A stretch of 44,805 bases of DNA from an uncultured Verrucomicrobiales bacterium (GCA_938091905.1 CALKOM010000137.1:1-44805); one strand, 5' to 3'; shown: positions 19,501-29,272, counted from the stretch's first letter. Notes: a model not told the origin generated them from the sequence alone. Translations and numbers: made by a program.

Positions 19501-19952
19501 TTCAGTTCCTCCGGGAGCAGATCGAGATCTATCGGGAGCGAACGCAAGGACCCATGATCGAGAGTACGAGCACCTACTTCGCCGCACTAACCAACGGAGG
19601 ATTCGCCAAAGTAGCGGCGCAGATGACGGAGAAGAATGTGCCCAAGCTGGTCGGAGTTCGTGAAGATGGCAGCTTTATCGAAACGACCGCGATGTCGGAA
19701 GGGACTGCGGATCAGCTCTACTTGGCGCTGAGATTTGCGGCGATCGACCTGCATTTGTCAACGTATTCCCCTATGCCCTTGGTCCTGGATGATCTTTTGA
19801 TGACTTTTGATGATGAGCGTACGACGGCCTTGTTACCGATTCTTGCGAATCTCTCACAGAAGACGCAAATTCTTGTCTTTACGCATCATCAACACTTGCT
19901 GGATCTCTTTGAACGAAACCTCTCTGGTCAGTTCGTCTCGCACCGTCTCTAA
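16569..19952 (+). CDS. YhaN-family SMC/SbcC-like coiled-coil ATPase (AAA_27)
   Basis: N-terminal AFGPF...YGANERGKSS, a long coiled coil, and C-terminal MSEGTADQLYLALR, LVLDD, FDD-R, FTHH. Overlaps the YhaO-like gene. Confidence 0.92.
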   Translation: MRFDQLQIPAFGPFTDFSLTFESNSNDLHLIYGANERGKSSLLRAIDHLLFGIPPRSTDNFLHAHQKLRIGATISESEEERLFFQRKKGNANTLLDADGNVLPDTLLKAFLGPVDSGFFSSMFGLDTESLRDGAGALIAGEGELGSALFSASLGSTDIDAAIAKLQEGADGLFKGRSTKVRIPVAMKAFKECEKASREATTKVTAWKTLQKALKAAQEEFDRVDEVQRKSQQRLRAVERLLSALPIISQLAHARKGLEELAYLPELADDFVERVKQAREQVRECEQSVAVRENQLGGLREQLAAVKTQPEILKRSEKIEHLYQALDAHLSRKRAMPPLRAEHEAKSTQLGQALEKLGLTMVDLTSAPKVTTDLVEKAEGLKDGLAEAASKVTLAKATMARVSKESAALVEELSVVSAPESSTVLKALRERARSAETARSRKTELTAELKKLSRANETLAARLSLADLAVDKVQQLAPPSTETIHEEKARLDGLEKRIERVGDERSDLDRRIHDEETALATLREQGARHTEDDLAKKRRERDEHLTAALEGEAASRKVLPREVREADEVADSLRSHAEQIARAENHARAIADLNGKRELASSTLGKLSAECDQWQEEWESRCAAIPAPVQPPHDLIGWVTDWRELREVLDRMAEVEDEVEVLAQEVGGAHEALAEALVHSDAEFGSLVALLEERLASLAEATGAHQERVKRQAQLKRESADAEEAIEKAEAERERQQAVLGELTARFPAPIDGLQRLQDLASAVEELEQRITQEENAIQDMDARLVAVRPEASQENHATEVGQLWAELETAKSAESQAKVLQASIDAAEEKRSHDKAALESASAAVTELREICGAADMGALETTLAEIERKSECRKGIAKAESNLASMSGGQSLERFIEEATGSSEDELQGEKAELERVLPEHQGARDTAREQLNVLKAEDAQLQQASDAAAVQQQQAELHLSSIVSDVRRFMELQHAIQFLREQIEIYRERTQGPMIESTSTYFAALTNGGFAKVAAQMTEKNVPKLVGVREDGSFIETTAMSEGTADQLYLALRFAAIDLHLSTYSPMPLVLDDLLMTFDDERTTALLPILANLSQKTQILVFTHHQHLLDLFERNLSGQFVSHRL

Positions 19953-19967
19953 AACTATCGTTCACAC

Positions 19968-20810
19968 ATGCCGCCAGTTTGGAAGAAATTCATTAGTCCT
20001 GAGGACGAAGCTCTTTGGGAGTCGCGTATGGAAGTTCAGGCCGAGGGCCGCTTTGCAATCACTTCGGTAGCTGGGAGACAACGTCTGAAAGTGGAGGTCT
20101 TTTTGGATGAGGGTGATGATGGATCTGGGTTTGTGCAAGCGTTCGGCGGAAGCGTGGTGGCATTGGCAGATGAGGATTGGCAATCGGTCCGAGTGAGACC
20201 GATTCTGGTGAAAGTGAGAGATCGTTTGGTGATCACTTCGACGATGGAGCCCGAGGCGCAGGCGAGGCTTCGAAAAATGTATCCCGGCAGAAAACTGATC
20301 ATCATTCCTGCCGAGCTGGCCTTTGGCACGGGCGAGCACGAGACGACGGCGACGTGTTTGCGTTTCCTCGTAGACGTGGCGAAGGAGCGCGACTCGTGGT
20401 CGCTCTTGGATTTGGGCACGGGGACTGGAATCCTCGCTATTGCGGCGAAACTGCTAGGGGCTTCGCAGGTGCTGGGATGGGAGAATGATCCCCTGGCCGT
20501 GCCGGTGGCGGATCGGAATGTGCTGACGCACGGGCTTGCGCAGGATGCTGTGAAGATTGAGGCCGAGGATGTGCTTGCTTGGGAGCCCCAGGAAGCTGCG
20601 TGGGACGTGATCACGGCGAACATGTTTTCAGAGATTCTGATCGCGACGTTTCCAAAGATGCGCCAGGGGCTAAAGCCGGACGGCACGCTTATTATTTCGG
20701 GCATTCTGCGAGAGCAGGAAACAGAGACTCTGGCCGCAGCGGAGAAGGCTGGCTTTGCAATCATGAACGTGAAGCGCGTTGGCAAGTGGGTGACGGCGCG
20801 AACGGCCTAA
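19968..20810 (+). CDS. prmA: 50S ribosomal protein L11 methyltransferase
   Basis: LAFGTGEHETT-TCL, LDLGTGTGILAIAA, ANMF, IISGIL motifs. Confidence 0.88.
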   Translation: MPPVWKKFISPEDEALWESRMEVQAEGRFAITSVAGRQRLKVEVFLDEGDDGSGFVQAFGGSVVALADEDWQSVRVRPILVKVRDRLVITSTMEPEAQARLRKMYPGRKLIIIPAELAFGTGEHETTATCLRFLVDVAKERDSWSLLDLGTGTGILAIAAKLLGASQVLGWENDPLAVPVADRNVLTHGLAQDAVKIEAEDVLAWEPQEAAWDVITANMFSEILIATFPKMRQGLKPDGTLIISGILREQETETLAAAEKAGFAIMNVKRVGKWVTARTA

Positions 20811-23800
20811 CGATCACTCTCCTTGGGGACGCGAACAAGTCGATATAAAGAGAGAGGCTTGGTGGCTGCCTCGTCAGGAAGTGTGAATACCCAGTTCGCG
20901 ATTCCGTCGGTGATGGGAATCTCTTGATTCAATAGCATCCATTCTATCAGGGTTTCGCTTTGTTCGAGACCGACATCCTCGCGGTGATCCCAGGATAGGG
21001 AAATCTCATTTCCGAGACGGGCTAAGAAGAGCTGTGGGAGAGGCAGCACGTCAGGTTCGAGCACAGTGAGGGTACCATTGAAAAGAGTGATGGTGTAGTT
21101 CGCGTCGGTCGCATTCGCTAGAACGATTGGGTAAGTTCCAGGGGTACTTTCTTTGGTGGCCGTTGTGCTGATGGTAGGTCGTTGATCGATTGCTGTGGGA
21201 GAGTCTCCATTGACGAAGCCGACATAATCGAAGCCAAGGACGGGATTCTCTTCGCCAAAGGAGCGTTCCACGTCGCGGGCGCGGATGGTGAGTGGCGCCG
21301 GCAGGATAGTCAGGGAGACAGTGGCACTCGTGCCTTCGTAGGCGAAAAGATTGTCGGGTGTAAAGGTGGCAGAGAGTATGTGGCTACCCACTTCGAGGAT
21401 CGTTCCGATAGCTGGCTGGTAGCTCCATTGGCCGGGGATTTCCTCGGCGATTACAGCGTTTTGCTGGGTATCTGATAGGGCTTGACCATAGGTGAGTGGT
21501 GTCGGTGCTGGCCAATTCGAGGAGGGCACACCCTTGGGTGCAATCGTCAAGGTACCGGGTATAATGGTAATGTCGTAATTGGGGTCGGTCGCGATTGAAC
21601 CGGTGATCGGATAAGTGCCCGGGGCGGATTCGATGGTTGCCGTCGTTTCCAACATGAAGGCGTTCTCTAGGTTCGCTTCGGTATCCTCTAACATAAAGCC
21701 GCTGTAGGATGCGCTGAAGGTGGGATTTGCGACACCGGCAGCACGTTGGGCATTGGCAATGGTGAGGGTGAGCGGTGCCTTGGTGACAACGAGCGAAACA
21801 GAGGTGCTGACCGATTCGTAATTGAACGTGTCGTTTGGGGTGAAGACGACTTCGAGCATAGCGCTTTGCGTCGGCTCGAGGAAAGTGCCCAGAGGAGGTG
21901 TGTAGGAGAAAGAGCCACCGATGCTTTCATCGGTAGTCGCATTCAGCTGGCTCTCACCGATTGCGGTTCCATAGGTGATCGGTGCGGGGATACCCCACGT
22001 TAGGGGAGGCTGGATATGCTCTGCGCGCGTCAAGGTGCCATCTATGTAGATGATGCTATAGTTTGGAGAGGAGGCACCACTCGCGGTGATGGGGTAAGTG
22101 CCCGGCTCGCTTGCAGAGGTGAACTCGGTATCCAGATTGACTGGCACGTAGAGGTCGCTGGGCGTATCCCCGTTGACCAGACCTTCATAGGTTGCTGTTA
22201 GATCAACGTCTGGGCTCGTGAGCGTGATGTCGTCAGCCTGAATGGTGAGTGGGGCTGGTGTCACCATGATTGAGACTTTTGTGGTGACTGGGTTGAAGTT
22301 GCTTGTGTCCGTTGGCAAGAACGTCGTGATGAGAGTGTGGGTGCCAACGTCTAACATAGCGCCTAAGGTTGGCTCGTAGGTGAAGATGCCCGGAACGCCT
22401 GCTGATGAAGCGTTGAGCTGAGTGGAAGTAATGGCGTTGCCATAAGTGATATCCGCTGGAGAGAACCAACTGATCGAAGGGTTCGCCTTGTTGTTGAGTA
22501 GGAGGTTGCCAGACTGATAGGTGATCAGGTAGTTGGTGGCAAAGGCACCAGAAATGGTGATCGGATATTCCCCGTCATTGCTCACAGGAGTGGCAGTGGT
22601 GGTGATGCTCGGGGCGCTGCCAATGGTGCCGGGCGTGTCGCCATTGACGAGGCCGAAGTAGGATACGGACAGATTGGGGATGACCCATTCGACAAAGGGA
22701 CCGGCTGGCCGGGCAACTCGGAAGCCACGATCTTGAACTTCCTCAGAAAATGGACTGGGGACGCGATAGGCGGATACGAGGAAGGCCTCAGAACCATTCC
22801 AAGAACCTCCGCGGTCGATGCGGGCCCAATTGGCTAGAGCAGTGTCTGTCCATTCGCTGACGTTGCCTCCCATGTCTGCGACACCGTAGAAACTAACGCT
22901 TCCTGTGCTGCCGACGCTGGTCACATTGCCATCTTCTTCTCCAAGGATGCCATTGACGACTTCAGTTTCGATCGTGCCGTTTTGATTGGCGTCCCAGTCT
23001 GCATTGCGCCCATAGTTGGCAACGTTTGGACCGCTGTTCGTAACGTTTCCTTGACTGTCTGCCAGCGCCGCGGCTGGCTGTGTGTTGCTTCCTGTAGCGT
23101 AAAGTCGATAGCCGGCGGGGGCGTGAAAGGCTGCTTTGAACCACTGATTCTCGCTGGGCAGAAAGAATCGGGCACCTGGCTTACGAGATACCGTATTATT
23201 GGCAACGGCTTCGGCATCGGTAAGGTCGTAAGCCCCGTCTTCGGTAGTGGTGGCAATTTGATCGCCGTCGGGGCGGCCGTTGTGAAGCCAGTTACAGAAT
23301 CGGCAGGCGTCCCAGAAACTTGTGAAATTGATAGGTTTGTCTCCCATTCCAGGTTTCACTTGGTAGCTGAAGTTTGGTGCGCTGCCGAATCTACGAATAC
23401 CACCTCTTGCCGTGCGTTCCATCTCAGGGTTATAGAGTGGGGGATTCATCGAGAACTGCCCGTTAGTGATCGGATCATTCTTCCCCACCGCATTGAGGAA
23501 GTTCGTGTAGAGGCTGTTGGTAACTTCAAATTCGCCGATCTCGAAACTACTGGAGACGGCGCCATGCCCACTCGAATGCGCTGTATTGCCAGGATTGTCG
23601 ACGAGAACGAAAGATAGCGGCTTGGCTAATTCTGTTTGAGTGGCGACCTTATCATCGGCACGAATTGTAAGAGGTGTTCGTGTCACGCTGAGCATTTGAG
23701 ATGCACCAATCGGTGCGAACGCTTGATCTTCTGGCGTGAATGTTAGATTCAAAGTGTGATTTCCTGCGTTGAGCACCGTGCCGATTGCGGGCGTGTATGT

Positions 23801-24841
23801 GAATGTTCCGGGGATACCGTTGGTAACACTGGCGCTCAATTCAGTGGGGGTGAGTGGTGTGCCATAGACAATCGATGCTGGCGGAGGCCACGTGATTTCA
23901 ATGCTCGAGTCGTTCACGATGGTCAACGTTCCGTTAGCGACCGTGATGTCATAGTTGGGATCGAACGTTCCACTCGCGGTGATAGGATAAGTGCCAGGGG
24001 GACTTGATGATGTTGCGGCTGTGCTCAACGTAGGCGTTGCTGAGAGGTCTGCTTCTGTATCATTGTTGACGAAGCCGGTGTAGCTCGCTGTGAAGGATGG
24101 ATTGGCCTCTCCGAATGTTCTTGTGATAGATTCGATTTCTAGCGCGAGAGGCGCACGCCTGACTTGAATGGCTACAGTGGCGGTGAGTGGCGGATCCGCT
24201 AGATCTGTTGGGGTGAAGGAAACCGTCAGTTCCTGCCCATCTCCTGCTGGGAGAACCGTGCCTGCGGGGGGGGCATAGGTGAAGGTTCCACTGCGACCAT
24301 CTAGCACTGCTGCGTCTAACTGGGCTGAGGAGAGCGGCGTTCCGTAGGTTATTGAGGCGGGCGTGTCCCAAGTGAGTTGCTCAAGATCTTCGAACCGAAG
24401 ACGGATGAATGCCCCCCCGAGAGTCTGGCCATTTGTTAAGGTTGTCGTTTCTAGCTCGATGCGGTGACTCCCAGCTTGAAGTTCGTACGTCGCAGAACTC
24501 CAGGTTGAAGAGGCAAAGGCGACATCAGGGTCCCGGGTGAATCCACTTCCCGAGGCACTTGGGGTAACCCCGAGAATCGTGTCTCCGTCTGTCAGCGTAA
24601 AGCGATCGCCAATTTCGAAGGCATCGGTGATGTCAAACACCCCCAACTGGCCTGTGGGCACGGTGAACGTGTATGGACCGTCGAGACTTTCAAGTGATCC
24701 GCTATCTCCGAACCAACGAAACTGTGTCCAGGTGCTGTCTGGCGATAGGGTCGTCGCAGCACTGACTGGGGAGATTTGGCAAGCCAGGACTAGAAAAGCA
24801 AGCCAGCGTTGGCTTGAATCTCGTAACACGGGGACTATCAT
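20807..24841 (-). CDS. Large secreted adhesin-like protein: N-terminal beta domain, five Ig-like+MBG repeat pairs, inserted FGE-sulfatase (SUMF1/C-lectin-fold) domain and C-terminal sorting-like domain
   Basis: Signal peptide from ATG 24841. Repeats of W-x-P-A-x-ITYGT...FTP-D followed by PLTI...Y-G(F/L)VN-D...PGTYPI...NY-I. FGE motifs FEVTN, CNWLHNG, DMGGNVSEW, RGGSW, GFRVAR. Confidence 0.88.
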   Translation of the reverse strand: MIVPVLRDSSQRWLAFLVLACQISPVSAATTLSPDSTWTQFRWFGDSGSLESLDGPYTFTVPTGQLGVFDITDAFEIGDRFTLTDGDTILGVTPSASGSGFTRDPDVAFASSTWSSATYELQAGSHRIELETTTLTNGQTLGGAFIRLRFEDLEQLTWDTPASITYGTPLSSAQLDAAVLDGRSGTFTYAPPAGTVLPAGDGQELTVSFTPTDLADPPLTATVAIQVRRAPLALEIESITRTFGEANPSFTASYTGFVNNDTEADLSATPTLSTAATSSSPPGTYPITASGTFDPNYDITVANGTLTIVNDSSIEITWPPPASIVYGTPLTPTELSASVTNGIPGTFTYTPAIGTVLNAGNHTLNLTFTPEDQAFAPIGASQMLSVTRTPLTIRADDKVATQTELAKPLSFVLVDNPGNTAHSSGHGAVSSSFEIGEFEVTNSLYTNFLNAVGKNDPITNGQFSMNPPLYNPEMERTARGGIRRFGSAPNFSYQVKPGMGDKPINFTSFWDACRFCNWLHNGRPDGDQIATTTEDGAYDLTDAEAVANNTVSRKPGARFFLPSENQWFKAAFHAPAGYRLYATGSNTQPAAALADSQGNVTNSGPNVANYGRNADWDANQNGTIETEVVNGILGEEDGNVTSVGSTGSVSFYGVADMGGNVSEWTDTALANWARIDRGGSWNGSEAFLVSAYRVPSPFSEEVQDRGFRVARPAGPFVEWVIPNLSVSYFGLVNGDTPGTIGSAPSITTTATPVSNDGEYPITISGAFATNYLITYQSGNLLLNNKANPSISWFSPADITYGNAITSTQLNASSAGVPGIFTYEPTLGAMLDVGTHTLITTFLPTDTSNFNPVTTKVSIMVTPAPLTIQADDITLTSPDVDLTATYEGLVNGDTPSDLYVPVNLDTEFTSASEPGTYPITASGASSPNYSIIYIDGTLTRAEHIQPPLTWGIPAPITYGTAIGESQLNATTDESIGGSFSYTPPLGTFLEPTQSAMLEVVFTPNDTFNYESVSTSVSLVVTKAPLTLTIANAQRAAGVANPTFSASYSGFMLEDTEANLENAFMLETTATIESAPGTYPITGSIATDPNYDITIIPGTLTIAPKGVPSSNWPAPTPLTYGQALSDTQQNAVIAEEIPGQWSYQPAIGTILEVGSHILSATFTPDNLFAYEGTSATVSLTILPAPLTIRARDVERSFGEENPVLGFDYVGFVNGDSPTAIDQRPTISTTATKESTPGTYPIVLANATDANYTITLFNGTLTVLEPDVLPLPQLFLARLGNEISLSWDHREDVGLEQSETLIEWMLLNQEIPITDGIANWVFTLPDEAATKPLSLYRLVRVPKESDR

Positions 24842-25064
24842 GATTGAGAATATGGGGCTAGATGAGGCAGTCAACCTTCAGGAAGTATTCTCAATTATTG
24901 AATAAATGAGTATCATTTACGCAAACAACACTTGTCCCACTGAGCATCAAAACTATGATTAATATAAAATTTGGCATCGCCAAGCTCGAATTTCAAGAGC
25001 CATCATGATATTAATTATAAATATAATGAGTGTATTCTTAGCTCATGGTAACCCCTCTCCTAAA

Positions 25065-26558
25065 ATGATAAGGTTTTTCTCCATGATTGCCTTTTCACTA
25101 GTTTGCTTGGGTGGCATGGCCTCGCTGCAGGCGGTCACCTACACCTACGATAGCTGGGCTGCGGTCCACTTTGTCGATGTCTTGGACGCTGAGGCCGCAC
25201 CAGGAGCGGATCCTGATACTGATGGAATTGCCAATCTGCGGGAGTATGCCTTTGATCTAGATCCCAACAAGGCTGACGTCAGTCCAGAAGAGGGAGGTAT
25301 CTTGGAGTTTGAGGGAAGTCACTATCTATTCGTCAGGTTTCCCCGGCGAACAGATGCTTTGGATCTGAGATTTGAAGTGAGGGCAAAGGATCGTGTCTAT
25401 GAACTGTGTGATGGCACCAAACCGTATGATTGGGTAATGGGGAGTTCAGCGAATCAGCCAGGTCTGGTCTCAACAGATACCAGTACGAATCCGCCGACGG
25501 TGACGATTCGTGATTATGAGGCGCCTTTGGAGTCGAACGTGTCTCGTGGATTCCTCCAGTTGTTTCTAGTGTTGGATGGCGTCGAGCATCAAATCGACTT
25601 CGTCACGGTAGGAGATCCTGACAACCCTGCTGATAGCACAGGGTTTGGTGCGGTGTCTACCGAATTTGAGATGGGAGAATGTGAAATCACCAATGATCAG
25701 TATGCAGAGTTTTTGAATGCCGTGGCCTCCGAGGATGACTGGGGCCTCGTCGATGGCTTTGTAGAGAATCTGTTCTTTTCTTCCATGGAAAGCAGTTCTC
25801 GTGGCGGTATTCGAAGACATGGCGAACCGGGATCTTATAGCTATTCGGTCAAACCGCTGATGGGAGACAAACCAGTAATTTACGTTTCGTTTCTCTCTGC
25901 CTGTCGCTATTGCAACTGGCTCCATAACGGAAAGCCCCGTCCGAGATGCCGACGTATGGTGGCATCCACGACCGAAGATGGTGCGTATGATCTCACTTCC
26001 CTCGCCGGTGGGGGGTGGACCGCACCAAGCCAGATCGTCCGAAAGCCAGGTGCCACCTACTTTCTGCCCAGTGAGGACGAGTGGTACAAAGGCGCCTATT
26101 ATGAGCCCATGCGCTCATCCTACGATCCTATGGAACCCATCAGCCCAAGCAACACACCATACTGGACATATGGCACACGCAGTGATGATCTGCCTGTGCC
26201 CGCGTTAGCCAAGGTGAACGGTGATGTGGCGAATGGCTCCCAAGGGAACGTGACCAACTATCTTCGGGGAGCTGAATGGGACAGCAACCAGGATGGCACC
26301 GTGGAGGGTGCAGAGAGTGGAAATGTGACCACTGTCGCAAGTGGAGGCCCCTCAAACGAGTCTTATTACGGGATTTCCGACATCGAAGGCAATGTTGCTG
26401 AGTGGACAGAAGGGAAGCGATCGACTTGGGATCGGATTCAGCGTGGGACGAGCTGGAACTATTCGAATACACAGATCGGAAAGATGTGGCGATACTCCCA
26501 GCATCCAGTCCAAGAGGTGGAAAACTCGGGTATCCGTGTGGCACGGCGGCTTCCCTAA
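25065..26558 (+). CDS. Secreted SUMF1/EgtB/PvdO-family (FGE-sulfatase fold) protein
   Basis: Signal peptide MIRFFSMIAFSLVCLGGMASLQA; DPDTDGIANLREYAFDLDP module; then CEITN-QY-EFLNAV, CNWLHNG, LPSEDEWYK, GNVAEW, RG-SW, GIRVAR. Confidence 0.88.
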   Translation: MIRFFSMIAFSLVCLGGMASLQAVTYTYDSWAAVHFVDVLDAEAAPGADPDTDGIANLREYAFDLDPNKADVSPEEGGILEFEGSHYLFVRFPRRTDALDLRFEVRAKDRVYELCDGTKPYDWVMGSSANQPGLVSTDTSTNPPTVTIRDYEAPLESNVSRGFLQLFLVLDGVEHQIDFVTVGDPDNPADSTGFGAVSTEFEMGECEITNDQYAEFLNAVASEDDWGLVDGFVENLFFSSMESSSRGGIRRHGEPGSYSYSVKPLMGDKPVIYVSFLSACRYCNWLHNGKPRPRCRRMVASTTEDGAYDLTSLAGGGWTAPSQIVRKPGATYFLPSEDEWYKGAYYEPMRSSYDPMEPISPSNTPYWTYGTRSDDLPVPALAKVNGDVANGSQGNVTNYLRGAEWDSNQDGTVEGAESGNVTTVASGGPSNESYYGISDIEGNVAEWTEGKRSTWDRIQRGTSWNYSNTQIGKMWRYSQHPVQEVENSGIRVARRLP

Positions 26559-26607
26559 TTTAGCTTTTCGCGCATCATTCCAGGGCCCTCCACGGTATCC
26601 TTGTCGC

Positions 26608-27921
26608 CTAAGGCTCCTTTGAGACCCAGTGTGGGCTCACGAGGGCGAGCAGCTCTGCTCCTGAATCTCCTTCGTCAGTAAAGCGCATTTGAAGAGTGAC
26701 AGCAACCATCCGCTGTGACCGATTGGAAAAGAAGCGCATGAGTTGTTTGGCGACTTTGCTATCTCGTTTTGCAAAGGCGTAGGATCGAGGCTGATCTTTG
26801 TCAGCCACTTGGAAGGCGAAGGATTGAAACACGCGTTGGTCAGAGTACTGGTAGTTGTAATAGTTGGCAGGCGTGATGAGTACTCGAAGAGTGACAGGCT
26901 CTTCCTGGCGAAGATTGATGAGCTTGGAAAGCTGGTGCGAGTTGTAGCCTACGGAAGCTTCCCAATCGACAAGGTAACTGGAGCCCTCCGGGCGGAGAAT
27001 GAAGTCGTGGACAACGCCGACATGATCATCGGCGCTAGCAACCACATACTCGGGAGGGACTTCTGAATGACAATGCCGAGCTTTGCTAGATCGAATCCGA
27101 ATATAACCGAAGTTTTGTTCATTGGGCATCAGCCGAGAATTGTAGTACTCGGCCATGAGGGATGCGACGCGTTCTCCTTGCCACACGTAGCTCAACTTGC
27201 TCTTGATAGTGGGGGCTTTCCAGAAATTACTGATGACGGTCTTTGCGTCGTCAAACTCATTGATGACGTGGTCGATTTCTCGTGCTAGGGCGGCGACCTC
27301 ACTGGAATCTTCATCCTCTCCCGTGCGATTTCTCTCGTTGACTGCTAGCAAAACCACACTTATTAACACTATTGTAAAAACGATTGCTGAGATTGACCTT
27401 GCGATTTGCTTCGCCCAAGCCATTTCTCTACCGCCGCTTTGTCCGGTGTTGGGCCTAGCTTCTTCGAAGGCAATCCGATTCTTTCGGGACTCTAGAGGCT
27501 CGTCATCGGGCGTGACTCCTGGTTCGGCTTGACTCAGAGAGGAGAGCTTGGCTTTCCGTACATCAGCCCAGTCGGAGCGTATGGTCTTCACGCCGCTGCG
27601 ACGCTTGCGAGATTCAGCGTTTCGAACTCGAGGTCCTCGGACCGTGCGGCCTTCTTGAGTTGCGCCTAGCTGCTCGTAGGGACCAGGCTGGTCGGTTTGT
27701 TGGCGGGGGAGCGGTTCTCCATTACCCAGTGATCGAGACGCGAATGGGTCGTCAGATTCAGGCTCATCAAGTTTCGGAAGCTCTTTCAAATCAGGTGCAT
27801 CGCTCTGATCGCCACCACATTCATTGATCAGGCTTTGAAGATTGCCGATGTCTCGCTTCAGCTCCTCGATCTCTGCTAGCGATGGGTCTGGCTGGTCCTC
27901 AGGAGGGAACGATTTTTCCAC
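26608..27921 (-). CDS. Hypothetical single-pass membrane protein (paralog of 32920..34755)
   Basis: Disordered N-terminus, one TM, then a domain with VDWEASVGY and YYNY motifs. Confidence 0.75.
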   Translation of the reverse strand: MEKSFPPEDQPDPSLAEIEELKRDIGNLQSLINECGGDQSDAPDLKELPKLDEPESDDPFASRSLGNGEPLPRQQTDQPGPYEQLGATQEGRTVRGPRVRNAESRKRRSGVKTIRSDWADVRKAKLSSLSQAEPGVTPDDEPLESRKNRIAFEEARPNTGQSGGREMAWAKQIARSISAIVFTIVLISVVLLAVNERNRTGEDEDSSEVAALAREIDHVINEFDDAKTVISNFWKAPTIKSKLSYVWQGERVASLMAEYYNSRLMPNEQNFGYIRIRSSKARHCHSEVPPEYVVASADDHVGVVHDFILRPEGSSYLVDWEASVGYNSHQLSKLINLRQEEPVTLRVLITPANYYNYQYSDQRVFQSFAFQVADKDQPRSYAFAKRDSKVAKQLMRFFSNRSQRMVAVTLQMRFTDEGDSGAELLALVSPHWVSKEP

Positions 27922-27960
27922 AGAGCCTAGTCTAAGAGTTCTTCGTAAGGCTTCAAACTA

Positions 27961-27994
27961 AAAACGGCCATCGGAGACGTCCGATGGCCATTTT
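27961..27994 (-). terminator. Terminator of the first PEP-CTERM gene
   Basis: AAAACGGCCATCGGA-GACG-TCCGATGGCCATTTT hairpin; the A-run gives a U-tract on the minus strand. Confidence 0.75.
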
Positions 27995-28027
27995 GAAAAA
28001 TAAATAGTGTTGGGCGATCGATCTACG

Positions 28028-28642
28028 CTAGGCCCGGCGGCGCCGAGACGCTATACCGGCGAGACCAAGCAGCATTAACATACTACCGCTGGGCTCGGGA
28101 ATTACTTCAGTCCTAACCTGGACAAATAGACCGCCCGCGTTGACGTAGTGACCGACGTTCCGTTGAACCTTAAAGTTTACGTCACCACCTGCCCCGCTGC
28201 CGAGCACTTCGAACGAGCCTGAGCCCCAATTTGCGTCTGCAAATGTCACTGCAGGATCGTCGACGAGTGAGCTGAGATCTCCTCCTGGTCCGACAACCGT
28301 GCCGATGGTTGCGAGACTGTCATTGAAGTCGAGAAGGGCATATCCATCGTCGTTTGATTTAATGTCGGTGATGTCTATCCAGCCTCTGGAACCGACTGGA
28401 ACGTTGAAATTGAAAACATCATTGTCGCCGCCTATGCGGAACATTTGATCCTGAGGCCATGCGAGAACGCGACTCGCCGAATCCAGACCACTTCCGATTC
28501 CTCCGGATCCTGATGTCGTCCACTTCAGTCGCTGCCATGTGCCTGTGTTAGGGGTTAGCATTACGGCAGCTTGGCAGGTCTGGATAGCGACCAGCGCGGT
28601 TACGCTGCTGAGTAGGATCTGAAAGGCTTTCTTCGTATTCAT
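28028..28642 (-). CDS. PEP-CTERM sorting-domain protein
   Basis: Signal peptide MNTKKAFQ...TCQA; C-terminus VIPEPSGSMLMLLGLAGIASRRRRA. Confidence 0.92.
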   Translation of the reverse strand: MNTKKAFQILLSSVTALVAIQTCQAAVMLTPNTGTWQRLKWTTSGSGGIGSGLDSASRVLAWPQDQMFRIGGDNDVFNFNVPVGSRGWIDITDIKSNDDGYALLDFNDSLATIGTVVGPGGDLSSLVDDPAVTFADANWGSGSFEVLGSGAGGDVNFKVQRNVGHYVNAGGLFVQVRTEVIPEPSGSMLMLLGLAGIASRRRRA

Positions 28643-29210
28643 GATCAGCTTAAAATTACCAGAATAAGTAAAGTAACTACTCAGGTAAATCAATCTCAGG
28701 TTGCAAATTTTTTCCTGCAGAAGTCTTCGTATTTCTTAGATGTGACTCCTGTTGGTGACCGATAAGCCTGTCGTTTGCGAGGCCAACAAGGTTGGTGATC
28801 CGAGTTTCGTGATGAGCGTTCATCCAGCCTTGGTTTTCCGTGCCTGCTAGTTTTTGATTCAGGCTGTTATTTACCCCAGTAACCTGCCGGAAATCGCTTG
28901 GTCAGTCAATGCAGATTGGTCGCCGAATTTGCTTAGATCTGAAACTGTTCGTTGAATGTGTTTTCTAACAACCGAGTGCCCTGTTGGTGGGGCCAACCGA
29001 TAAAACGCTTGGTCGCGCAGTTGTTCTTTTGTGCCCAATTGGTTGAGATGCGAAGGTCCATCGGACTTCGCATTCCAGCTGCTCTTTGATCATAGTCCCA
29101 AAACCAATTCACTCCCTGTGATCAATCATCATGTCATTGAGCGAGCCAAATAGTTAAGCCACCCACCTCTACGGACCATGGAGACTGTTTGGCCTGATAG
29201 GGCCCAAAAT

Positions 29211-29241
29211 AAAACGGCCACCGGATTTCTCCGATGGCCGT
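29211..29241 (-). terminator. Terminator of the second PEP-CTERM gene
   Basis: AAAACGGCCACCGGA-TTTC-TCCGATGGCCGT hairpin, near-identical to the one at 27961. Confidence 0.75.
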
Positions 29242-29272
29242 CACTGAAAAATAAAGGACGCTGTAAGTTATG

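Noticed and set aside
15350..19952. YhaO/YhaN pair as a novel anti-phage SMC-nuclease system
   Set aside because: This is a widespread known SbcCD-like pair, here in a housekeeping context next to prmA and without defence-island neighbours.
20807..26558. Diversity-generating retroelement targeting the two C-lectin/FGE domains
   Set aside because: No reverse transcriptase or Avd gene, and no near-identical template repeat of either variable region, was seen in the window; the two regions differ at all base types. A remote DGR cannot be excluded.
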